Assembly (NCBI GenBank): GCA_964387955.1
Contig: CAYLXX010000001.1
Coordinates: 11,993-75,992 of the forward strand
Reading direction: 5' to 3'
DNA: 64,000 nucleotides
Source: an uncultured Gammaproteobacteria bacterium
GTDB lineage: Bacteria; Patescibacteriota; Microgenomatia; UBA1406; GWC2-37-13
The position numbers and the translations under genes are program-made. The notes under the pieces were generated by a model, which was not told where the DNA came from, ran no database searches, and saw nothing but the letters and a program-made list of their open reading frames with translations. Below are positions 38,527 to 47,196 of this stretch, piece by piece. Position 1 is the stretch's first letter; the number at the start of each line of letters is the position of its first letter.

Positions 38527-38807
38527 AAGGATTATTTAAACAAACTATCTGGTTTATATTTATGTTTTTGGTTATGGCTAATGCCTACCTCTTTATTAAT
38601 GGGATGAAAATGTCTCATGAAATCAATCAATACGAGTCTCAAATACAGGCCATACATAAACAAAACCTTGATCTTGAAAAAAAAGCTTACTTGGCAGAAT
38701 CCCTCACCTATGCGACCTCTATGGCTGCCCAATTGCAATTTACTAAAAAACTCACTCCCATGTATTTGCAAGACAAAGCGTTTGCCAAAAATACTATAGA
38801 GTATTAG
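38523..38807 (+). CDS. ftsL: FtsL-like cell division protein
   Basis: 94 aa. Single N-terminal TM helix followed by a coiled coil, in the canonical position between rsmH and ftsI. Confidence 0.7.
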   Translation: MKGLFKQTIWFIFMFLVMANAYLFINGMKMSHEINQYESQIQAIHKQNLDLEKKAYLAESLTYATSMAAQLQFTKKLTPMYLQDKAFAKNTIEY

Positions 38808-38808
38808 T

Positions 38809-40470
38809 ATGGTAAAAATTAGACTGCTTTTTCTTTTCTTCCTGGCACTTTTTGTAGCCGTCTGTGTCAAACTTTTTTTTATCCAAGTGATTGCCTCAAA
38901 CGCCAAAACAACAGATTATGTCTCGTCCCAAAAACTTACTCCAGAAAGAGGAAAAATATTTGATCGACTCGGAGTTCCACTGGCAATTAATCAGACCACG
39001 TATAGATTATTTGTTGAGCCTAAAAAAATTGAATCTAAAGACGATTTAATTGCCAAAATTGACGATGTTTTGCATATAGGCGAGGCGACGCTTGAATCGC
39101 GCATTGATATGAGTAAAGACTGGGTTTCTGTCAAAACCGATATTGATCAGGCAACCAAAGAAAAACTCCAGAAAAAAATTCCAGTTGGGATAGGTTTTGA
39201 TGAAGATCCTAAACGATTCTATCCCGAAGCATCGTTATCTGCTCATATTCTGGGATTTGTAGGCAAAAATAGTAAAGGCGACAATGTGGGATATTTTGGC
39301 ATTGAAGGATTTTACGATCAGGAATTAGAAGGCCTGGCGGGTTTTCTTAAATCTGAGCGGGATCTTCTTAATAGGCCGATATTTTTCGGGGTGCAAGAGC
39401 GGGTAGAATCGCAAGATGGCCGAGATTTGTATTTGACGATTGATTCGGCTGTGCAGGCGATTGTCAAAAAGAAACTACAAGCAGCTCTGGAAAGTTATCA
39501 AGCACAGGAGGGGTGCGTGATTGTGGCCGACCCCTATACTATGGAAATAATTGCTCTGTCCTGCTTGCCCGATTTTGACCCTGATACCTATTATTCGTTT
39601 GACGAAAAATATTTCAAAAATTCAAGCATTTCCAATCTCTACGAGCCAGGATCGACATTTAAACCGTTGATTGTCGGCGCAGCCTTGAAGGAAAAAGCCA
39701 TTTCTCCAGATGAAATATATGATGAACAAGGTCCGGTGAAAATTGGAGAATATAAGATACAAACATGGAATAACCAATATGAAGGGAAAATAAATATCAC
39801 TCGAATTCTTGAAAAATCGTCCAATGTCGGTATGGTATATGTCGGAAAAAAATTAGGCAACGATAAATTATATAAATACATCCAAAATTACGGATTTGGT
39901 AAAACAACTGGTATAGATTTGCAGGGCGAGGAAGGTGGCTACTTGAAAGCTAAAAAATTGTGGTACCCGATAGATTTTGCAACTGCTACGTTTGGCCAGG
40001 GAATTGCAGTAACTCCAATTCAGATGGTACGGGCATTTTCGGCGCTTATCAATGGCGGCAACTTACTTAAACCCTATATAGTCAAAAAAACTGTCGATGG
40101 TGACGTTGTCAAAGAGCGCCAACCTCAAGTAGAGCGGAAAATTTTAGACGAGAAAACATCGGCTATCATTAAAAAAATGCTAGTATCAACTGTCGAGCAC
40201 GGAGAATTTCAGTGGGTTAAACCCAAAGGGTACATAATGGGCGGTAAAACTGGCACTGCCCAGATTCCAATCGCCGGTCACTATGATCCCAACAAAACCG
40301 TCGCTTCTTTTATAGGATTTGCTCCAGCTGATAAACCCAAATTTATTGCCCTTACAGTGTTGAAAGAGCCCAAGTCTTCGATATGGGGTTCAGAAACTGC
40401 GGCGCCTTTATTTTTTGATATAGCCAAAGATCTTATGGTCTATTACAACATCCCGCCAGATCAAAATTAA
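38809..40470 (+). CDS. ftsI: class B penicillin-binding protein FtsI/PBP2
   Basis: TM anchor, dimerisation domain, STFK (SxxK), SSN and KTGTA motifs. Confidence 0.9.
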   Translation: MVKIRLLFLFFLALFVAVCVKLFFIQVIASNAKTTDYVSSQKLTPERGKIFDRLGVPLAINQTTYRLFVEPKKIESKDDLIAKIDDVLHIGEATLESRIDMSKDWVSVKTDIDQATKEKLQKKIPVGIGFDEDPKRFYPEASLSAHILGFVGKNSKGDNVGYFGIEGFYDQELEGLAGFLKSERDLLNRPIFFGVQERVESQDGRDLYLTIDSAVQAIVKKKLQAALESYQAQEGCVIVADPYTMEIIALSCLPDFDPDTYYSFDEKYFKNSSISNLYEPGSTFKPLIVGAALKEKAISPDEIYDEQGPVKIGEYKIQTWNNQYEGKINITRILEKSSNVGMVYVGKKLGNDKLYKYIQNYGFGKTTGIDLQGEEGGYLKAKKLWYPIDFATATFGQGIAVTPIQMVRAFSALINGGNLLKPYIVKKTVDGDVVKERQPQVERKILDEKTSAIIKKMLVSTVEHGEFQWVKPKGYIMGGKTGTAQIPIAGHYDPNKTVASFIGFAPADKPKFIALTVLKEPKSSIWGSETAAPLFFDIAKDLMVYYNIPPDQN

Positions 40471-41198
40471 GTTGCAGTAATATCTGCCACAATAGCCATA
40501 TGGTCGCTTACTCCATCGATAACCCGAACATTGGTTACATGATAACCTGGAGTTGTAAATAAGCCATCAACCAATCGCACTAAATTTTTTACCCGATGAA
40601 GGGAAGGATCAAGTGTCGTTGTGATGTGCGCTGGAATATTATCTTGGTATTTTTTGGCAATTTTTTCCCAGACATCTCCTCCGCGAGGTGCATTAAAATC
40701 ACCGCATAATACAAAATCATCAATATGCTTCAGTTTTTCCATCATTTGAGTAAGTTCTTGATGTTGGAGAGGTGTCGACTGGCCATTGGGAGTCCAAGTG
40801 AAATGGGTAGTGATAATATGATATGTGTGGTTTTTATGATGAATTTGAGCCATCAACAGTACTCGATTGGTAGAATTGGGATCGCGATTGAATTTAGGTA
40901 TTCTTTCACTTGAGCCAACGTAGTAAATAGTTTTGAAGTTGATGTCGGAAAGCTTACTAAAAATAGCCACGCCATATTGAGCGCCAATGGTAAGATGCGA
41001 TCCACCTTCTTCATTATCAACATCAATATGCATAGTTGGAACATAGAGTCCTTCCATATGCCACTCATTTTTTAACTTAGTTACATCATGATCGTTGACC
41101 TCTTGCAAACAAACTACGTCTGGCGACTCTTTCTGAATATATGGTATGACATGATCAAGGTGGTTGCTACCCTCGATATTTAAGCTAATAAGTTTCAT
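40467..41198 (-). CDS. endonuclease/exonuclease/phosphatase (EEP) family protein
   Basis: MKLISLNIEG..VVCLQEV N-terminus, GDFNAP, C-terminal SDHMAIV. 243 aa. Confidence 0.75.
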   Translation of the reverse strand: MKLISLNIEGSNHLDHVIPYIQKESPDVVCLQEVNDHDVTKLKNEWHMEGLYVPTMHIDVDNEEGGSHLTIGAQYGVAIFSKLSDINFKTIYYVGSSERIPKFNRDPNSTNRVLLMAQIHHKNHTYHIITTHFTWTPNGQSTPLQHQELTQMMEKLKHIDDFVLCGDFNAPRGGDVWEKIAKKYQDNIPAHITTTLDPSLHRVKNLVRLVDGLFTTPGYHVTNVRVIDGVSDHMAIVADITAT

Positions 41199-41203
41199 GA
41201 AGT

Positions 41204-41521
41204 TTAGCTAAAACCTCCCAGAAGATAGAGAACAAGTCCGATAATTAATGCGATGATGACAATATTACTAAAACCAGCAACAGCGATAATCCCAAAAAAT
41301 GCTAGAAGCCAAATAATAAGTAATACGCCTGCGATTTCTCTAAAAGGGCTGGGCAAAATGCCAATAAGCCATAAAATAACTCCAAAAATTAATATGTCGT
41401 ATAAGCTAATTGCTTTACCAAACAGGTTAAAAAGCACCATATCGGTGATCGGAAAAACCGGCAGATTAAGGTAGCCGAGTAACCACAAAATGATCAAAAC
41501 GGCAAGTAGAAGTGTGAGCAT
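41204..41521 (-). CDS. small membrane protein with a repeated (I/L)(I/L)WL(L/I)G motif
   Basis: 105 aa. VLIILWLLGYL, GVILWLIGIL and VLLIIWLLAFF repeats. A TATAAT box (41533..41528) lies 6 nt upstream of the ATG. Confidence 0.5.
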   Translation of the reverse strand: MLTLLLAVLIILWLLGYLNLPVFPITDMVLFNLFGKAISLYDILIFGVILWLIGILPSPFREIAGVLLIIWLLAFFGIIAVAGFSNIVIIALIIGLVLYLLGGFS

Positions 41522-41553
41522 ATCTATATTATACCAGATGTTATAATATAACT

Positions 41554-42786
41554 ATGATACGGAAGCTCAAAAATCTGGGTCATCTTATTGAGGCTATTGT
41601 TGCATCCATTTACTATAAATATCCAAGTAAGCGATTGAAGGTAATTGGAGTAACCGGCACAGACGGTAAAACGACCACAACTTCACTTATTTATCATATT
41701 CTGAAATCTGCCGGAAAAAAAGTTTCGATGATTTCCACTGTCTATGGAAAAGTCGGCAATGAAGTATATGACACTGGTTTACATACCACTACACCCGGCG
41801 CTTTTTTAGTACAGAAATTGCTTAAAAAAAGCGCCGACTCAGGCGATGAGTATTTTATTCTTGAGACAACATCGCATGCACTGGATCAAAATCGCATTTT
41901 TGGCGTCCATTTCGAAATCGGTATTATTACCAATATCACTCACGAGCATCTCGATTATCATAAAACATATGAAGCATATGGCATGACAAAAGCTGCCTTG
42001 CTTCTTGAATCCAAAACAGCTCTTCTTAATCGTGACGATCAATCGTATGACATTCTTCGTCGCACCCTGGCTGCGAATCATAAAGGTTATCAAACATATG
42101 GCCTCAAAAAAGATGCTGATTTTAAAATAGATTTGAGTAAAAAATTAGATATGCCAATTGCCGAGTTTAATAAATATAATTTCTTGGCAGCATACGCTGT
42201 AGCTTGGCTGCTTGGACTTGATGAAAAACATATTTTGCAAGGCATAAAAACCTTTAAGCTTCCTCCCGGAAGAATGGAAACGGTCTATGATGGTAAATTC
42301 AAAGTGATCGTCGATTTTGCACATACCCCCAACTCCATTTTGCAGGCTTTAAAAACAGTCAGAACACAATTGGGCAAGCAGGGCCGTGTCATACACGTTT
42401 TTTCTTCGGCAGGTTTACGAGACACCTCTAAGCGCCCGCTCATGGGAGCAGCTAGTGCTATGTATGCCGATGTAGCCATATTGACTGAGGAAGATTATCG
42501 TACCGAAGATCCAAAAGAGATTAACGAACAAATTGCTCAAGGCCTTATCAAGAAGAATTTCCAATACATTCCACCTCAATACCTTAAAAATATTTCCAAA
42601 AAAAAATATACGATTGTGATTGACAGGCAACGAGCAATTAAACGGGCAATTGATATTGCCGCGGAAGGGGACATAATAATCACCACAGGTAAAGGTCACG
42701 AACAAAGTTTAGCCCGCGGGACCCAAGAATATCCCTGGGATGATCAAGAAGCTGTCAGAAAAATTTTAAAACTAAGTAAAAAATAA
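41554..42786 (+). CDS. murE: UDP-N-acetylmuramoyl-L-alanyl-D-glutamate ligase MurE-like, lacking N-terminal domain 1
   Basis: P-loop GVTGTDGKTTT already at residues 32-42, DFAHTPNS, TGKGHE. The region aligned to the DNPR motif reads EDYR (42490..42501). Confidence 0.75.
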   Translation: MIRKLKNLGHLIEAIVASIYYKYPSKRLKVIGVTGTDGKTTTTSLIYHILKSAGKKVSMISTVYGKVGNEVYDTGLHTTTPGAFLVQKLLKKSADSGDEYFILETTSHALDQNRIFGVHFEIGIITNITHEHLDYHKTYEAYGMTKAALLLESKTALLNRDDQSYDILRRTLAANHKGYQTYGLKKDADFKIDLSKKLDMPIAEFNKYNFLAAYAVAWLLGLDEKHILQGIKTFKLPPGRMETVYDGKFKVIVDFAHTPNSILQALKTVRTQLGKQGRVIHVFSSAGLRDTSKRPLMGAASAMYADVAILTEEDYRTEDPKEINEQIAQGLIKKNFQYIPPQYLKNISKKKYTIVIDRQRAIKRAIDIAAEGDIIITTGKGHEQSLARGTQEYPWDDQEAVRKILKLSKK

Positions 42787-42789
42787 ACG

Positions 42790-43521
42790 ATGTATAGATA
42801 TGATGACCAATTAAAAGTATTTCATTCAACTCTTCTTGATGATACACATCATCTTTCAGGTTTTGGTACTCGCATGACAGGCGATGGACGAAAACGATCG
42901 ACGCTCATAAATTTTTTCGAAGTGAATGATGTTCCATACAAATCTCTCATTATTCCCGATCAAATTCATTCAGCTAACATTGAGTTAATCCCACCAGAAG
43001 GCGATGTTATACGTGTCATTGATACAACCGATGGTGTTGTAACTGTGGAAGATAATCTGGCACTCTCTGTTGTAACTGCAGATTGTGTACCTATCATTTT
43101 TTCCGATAAAAAAAACGGCGTAGTGGGTATTTCTCATCAAGGTTGGCGCGGTACACTGAAACGGCTAGCTACTCATATGATTGATAAAATGGTAGAAATG
43201 GGAGCAGATATCAGAGAAATTAATGTGGCCATAGGTCCTGCGATTGGTGCCTGTTGTTACGAAATGTACGGCGACAGACTTTATGAATTTTTAGCAGAAT
43301 TTGAAGAAGTCAAAGATACGATGCTTGTTATGAGAGGAGGAAAAACTCATTTGAGTTTATTGTTTCTTAATTATTATCAGCTTCTTAAAAAGGGTCTTGA
43401 TAAAAACCATATTGATTTTTTTCCTTTTTGTACAAAATGCGATGCCGACCGTTTTTTTTCGTTTCAAAGAGACAATACGCAACGCTATGGAGAAATGTTC
43501 AGTTATATTATTAAAGTATGA
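42790..43521 (+). CDS. pgeF: YfiH/PgeF (DUF152, laccase-domain) peptidoglycan editing factor family
   Basis: DQIHSANI, TADCVPI, HQGWRG and ACCYE motifs. Confidence 0.8.
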   Translation: MYRYDDQLKVFHSTLLDDTHHLSGFGTRMTGDGRKRSTLINFFEVNDVPYKSLIIPDQIHSANIELIPPEGDVIRVIDTTDGVVTVEDNLALSVVTADCVPIIFSDKKNGVVGISHQGWRGTLKRLATHMIDKMVEMGADIREINVAIGPAIGACCYEMYGDRLYEFLAEFEEVKDTMLVMRGGKTHLSLLFLNYYQLLKKGLDKNHIDFFPFCTKCDADRFFSFQRDNTQRYGEMFSYIIKV

Positions 43522-44933
43522 ATATAAAAGCAGTTAACAACATATTTTTAGTCGGCATCAAAGGTGCGGGCATGGCCAATATTGCTTTATTTCTCAAAGA
43601 TATGGGCAAACATGTGGTAGGAAGCGATTTGAGTGAAGAATTTATTACTGACAACGTTTTAGCCAAGAGGGGAATAGAAATATTTAATTCCTTTAATGGA
43701 GAAGTGGTTCCTCAAGAGACCGATCTTCTTGTATATTCAGCCAGTCATGGAGGTATTAGTAATCCACAAGTTAAAGAGGCTCAAAAAAGAGGAATACATG
43801 TTATGCACCAGGCGCAGTTTTTAGGTGAAATTATGAGCCTGTTTGAAAAAAGCATTGCAGTCTGTGGCACCCACGGTAAAACAACAACTGCAAGCTTACT
43901 GGCTTTTCTCTTAATGAAACTAAATGTCCAACCAAGCTATATTGTAGGTACATCTGGCTTTAACGACGTTCCTGGTGGGGGATATGCTGGTAAACAATAT
44001 TTAGTCCTCGAAGCCGACGAGTATGCTGTTGATCCGCCTGTTGATACCACACCAAAACTCCAATTTTTTCACCCTCAATATGCAATTTGTACCTCAATCG
44101 ATTTCGATCATCCTGACGTCTATAAAGATATCGAAGAGACAAAATCAACCTTTAAAGATTTTTTTAAAAAAATAAAGCAGAAATTAATTATCTGTGCTGA
44201 TGATGAAAATTGCTTGGAAATTACTAAATCGCTACCGGTGGATTCATATATAACCTTTGGTTTCTCTCCTTACTCTCAGTTTATGGCGTCTAATGTTGTC
44301 ACAGTCAATGACACTACCTTGTTTGATGTTACCCGCGACGGCGTGAGTGTCGGCAGTTTCAGTACAAAACTGGTAGGAGACAAAATGATCGGCAATGTGA
44401 CTGGCGTAATTGCCAGTTTAGTTAGTCTAGGCTTTGATCCAGAGTTAATTCATACTCATTTGAATGAATTTAACGGTGCCAAACGCCGCTTTGAGCACGT
44501 TGGATCTGCCGGCGGAGTCGAACTGTATGATGATTACGCACATCACCCACATGAGATAGAAGCCACCTTAGAGGGAGCACGAGCACGCTTTGGAGATAGA
44601 CCGATTCATGTTATTTTTCAACCACACACGTTTTCACGTACTGAAGCATTAAAAGAAGAGTTTGTCGATGAACTTTCCCATGCCGATGAGGTGTATATTG
44701 CTCCTATTTTTGCCTCTGCGCGTGAAAATCCTCAGGGATTTACTATCACATCACAATCCTTAGTTGATATCGCCAAGAAAAAAGGCTACAAACATATTCA
44801 GACATTTAATACAACAGATGAACTCGTAAAGCTGCTTAAAAAAAATAGTTCAGGCAATGAAGTGATTTTTACTATGGGTGCAGGCGACGTGTATAAGATG
44901 AAAAATGATATAATTAGGACATTTCATGGATGA
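43518..44933 (+). CDS. murC: UDP-N-acetylmuramate--L-alanine ligase MurC
   Basis: GIKGAGMANIA N-terminal Rossmann motif, P-loop CGTHGKTTTASL, DDYAHHPHEI. Confidence 0.9.
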   Translation: MNIKAVNNIFLVGIKGAGMANIALFLKDMGKHVVGSDLSEEFITDNVLAKRGIEIFNSFNGEVVPQETDLLVYSASHGGISNPQVKEAQKRGIHVMHQAQFLGEIMSLFEKSIAVCGTHGKTTTASLLAFLLMKLNVQPSYIVGTSGFNDVPGGGYAGKQYLVLEADEYAVDPPVDTTPKLQFFHPQYAICTSIDFDHPDVYKDIEETKSTFKDFFKKIKQKLIICADDENCLEITKSLPVDSYITFGFSPYSQFMASNVVTVNDTTLFDVTRDGVSVGSFSTKLVGDKMIGNVTGVIASLVSLGFDPELIHTHLNEFNGAKRRFEHVGSAGGVELYDDYAHHPHEIEATLEGARARFGDRPIHVIFQPHTFSRTEALKEEFVDELSHADEVYIAPIFASARENPQGFTITSQSLVDIAKKKGYKHIQTFNTTDELVKLLKKNSSGNEVIFTMGAGDVYKMKNDIIRTFHG

Positions 44934-45864
44934 ACTAGAGAAATCATTACGGAGTGTTTTAAGTCACCCCAAGGTCGAACGCAACAAAAATATTTCGCCT
45001 TACTTTACACTTCGCACCCAGACTATAGCTGAACTGTATACCGAAGCCCGTACCAAAGACGATCTCATTCAGATTATCAAAATTGCCCATCAATATCAGG
45101 TTCCCCTTCTGGTTTTGGGAGGTGGCTCAAATATTGCAGTAACCAAAGATATCATCAAAGGTATCGTCGCCCGCAATTTTTATTTTAAAAAGGAAATAGT
45201 GGCGGATACGCCTGAATACACTGACATGCTGTTTTCGTCGGGATATCCGATTGCTCGAGTAGTGTCCGAAACGGTACAAGCAGGCTTAGCGGGTTTTGAA
45301 TATCATTTGGGTTTGCCAGGGACCATAGGCGGCGCACTTTATATGAATTCGAAATGGACCAAGCCAGTTTCATACTGCGGTGATAGTTTGCTGTACGCTG
45401 AATTAATTACTCCAGCAGGCGAAATTCGCCGGGAAGAGCGAGACTATTTCCAATTTGCCTATGATTACAGTATTCTCCAAAAAACCAAGGAAACTGTGCT
45501 TGAGGGAGTTTTTCGTCTTGTTAAAAAAGATCCGGCATTGCTTAAAAAAATTTCAGAAGAAGCCCACGATTACCGAAAAAAAACACAGCCTTTTGGCGTG
45601 GCCACAAGCGGTTGTTTTTTTCAGAATATTTCTCCAACTGATACCCATGGCGATCCTGAGACTTCAGCCGGCTACTATATTGATCATGCAGGTCTAAAAA
45701 ATACTCAGATTGGAGACTTTATTGTGTCTGATAAACATGCTAATTTTATAATCAATCGCGGTCAAGGTAAGCCAGAAGACCTCTTAAAGCTTGTTTCTGC
45801 GATCAAAGAAAAAGTGCACACAACTTATGGAGTTACTTTAAAAGAAGAAGTTATAGTATTATAG
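44926..45864 (+). CDS. murB: UDP-N-acetylenolpyruvoylglucosamine reductase MurB
   Basis: FAD-binding LGGGSNI, GLPGTIGGALYMN, C-terminal MurB domain. Confidence 0.9.
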   Translation: MDELEKSLRSVLSHPKVERNKNISPYFTLRTQTIAELYTEARTKDDLIQIIKIAHQYQVPLLVLGGGSNIAVTKDIIKGIVARNFYFKKEIVADTPEYTDMLFSSGYPIARVVSETVQAGLAGFEYHLGLPGTIGGALYMNSKWTKPVSYCGDSLLYAELITPAGEIRREERDYFQFAYDYSILQKTKETVLEGVFRLVKKDPALLKKISEEAHDYRKKTQPFGVATSGCFFQNISPTDTHGDPETSAGYYIDHAGLKNTQIGDFIVSDKHANFIINRGQGKPEDLLKLVSAIKEKVHTTYGVTLKEEVIVL

Positions 45865-45870
45865 TCTTTT

Positions 45871-47196
45871 ATGGAAGATGCCTATATTATTACCGGCGGC
45901 CGACCTCTCAAAGGAGAAGTTAAACTCTCAGGCGCCAAGAATGTCGCTCTCAAAACTATTATTGGCGCGCTTTTGTTTGATTCCGAAGTCTACCTAGAAA
46001 ATATACCTCAAATCAATGATGTGCAAGAATTGCTGACTCTTATCCGCAGTCTAGGAGCAGAAACCGAATTTACCTCTGCTAATACACTTAAGCTCGATGG
46101 ACGGATGCTGCGTAATAATCGCTGTGATTTTTTACATGCCGAAAAAATTCGCACTTCATTTCTTTTGTTTGCACCGCTTCTTTACAAATTCAAATCTGCC
46201 CAAATTCCCAATCCTGGCGGTTGTCGCATAGGTGCCAGGCCAATTGATCGGTCAATTGAGGGCCTGACTCATCTGGGTGTCCAAGTGGCCTATGACTCAA
46301 CTACAGGGTACTATAATGCGCAAATGACTTCTTCTCCCAAAGGTAGCTATAAATTTGACAAACCTTCGCATACAGGAACAGAGCTTCTTATTATGATGTC
46401 GGTTTTTGCACAAGGCGAAGTGACTCTCGAAAATGCCGCTCTCGAGCCTGAGATTGATGATCTGATTGCTTTCCTTAACCAAGGTGGCGCAGATATTAGG
46501 CGAGACGGCGCACGAATTAGGATTAAAGGTGTACAAGCTCTCAAGCAACTTAAGCCATATGCAATTTCTTCAGACAGAAACGAAGCTGTTACATATGCAC
46601 TGCTTGGAATTATCACGCAAGGTGATGTAACAGTGGGACCGATTGCAGAGCCCGATATTAAAGAGTTTATATCAACAAGTAAAAAAGCCGGCATAGGCGT
46701 CGAAAAAAAAGACGATCATCACTTCAGATTTTTTTATCAAGGTACATTAAAAGCAGTGAGCATTACTACAGGGCCGCATCCTGGCTTTATGACCGATTGG
46801 CAGCCGCCTTGGTCAGTGCTCATGACTCAAGCACAGGGTGAATCTATTATCCAAGAAAGGGTCTACGAAAATCGTTTCTCTTGGGTTGACGAGTTGCGCA
46901 AGCTAGGTGCTGATATAGAATTTATTAAGGTGCCAGTACATGACCCTAAGGAATTTTTCTTCTTTAATTTTGACCCTGCAAAAAAATATAATCAAACAAT
47001 CCGTATTCGCGGCCCTCAGAAGTTACATGAAGGCGTATTGCACATTACTGACTTACGAGCGGGTGCCACATTAGCCTTGGCAGCTTTTACAGTCGCTGGC
47101 GAATCGTATATCGACGGCGCCTCAATACTTGAACGAGGATACGAAAAATTTGTGGAAAAAATCCAAGCGCTTGGCGGAGAAATAAAAAAAGTTTAA
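45871..47196 (+). CDS. murA: UDP-N-acetylglucosamine 1-carboxyvinyltransferase MurA
   Basis: KLSGAKNVALK, active-site loop PGGCRIGARPID, DLRAGATLALAA. Confidence 0.95.
   Translation: MEDAYIITGGRPLKGEVKLSGAKNVALKTIIGALLFDSEVYLENIPQINDVQELLTLIRSLGAETEFTSANTLKLDGRMLRNNRCDFLHAEKIRTSFLLFAPLLYKFKSAQIPNPGGCRIGARPIDRSIEGLTHLGVQVAYDSTTGYYNAQMTSSPKGSYKFDKPSHTGTELLIMMSVFAQGEVTLENAALEPEIDDLIAFLNQGGADIRRDGARIRIKGVQALKQLKPYAISSDRNEAVTYALLGIITQGDVTVGPIAEPDIKEFISTSKKAGIGVEKKDDHHFRFFYQGTLKAVSITTGPHPGFMTDWQPPWSVLMTQAQGESIIQERVYENRFSWVDELRKLGADIEFIKVPVHDPKEFFFFNFDPAKKYNQTIRIRGPQKLHEGVLHITDLRAGATLALAAFTVAGESYIDGASILERGYEKFVEKIQALGGEIKKV

Noticed and set aside
38532-38906. 124-aa minus-strand ORF opposite ftsL and the start of ftsI
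   Set aside because: The plus-strand frame has the expected FtsL architecture and is translationally coupled to rsmH and ftsI. The antisense frame has no signals.
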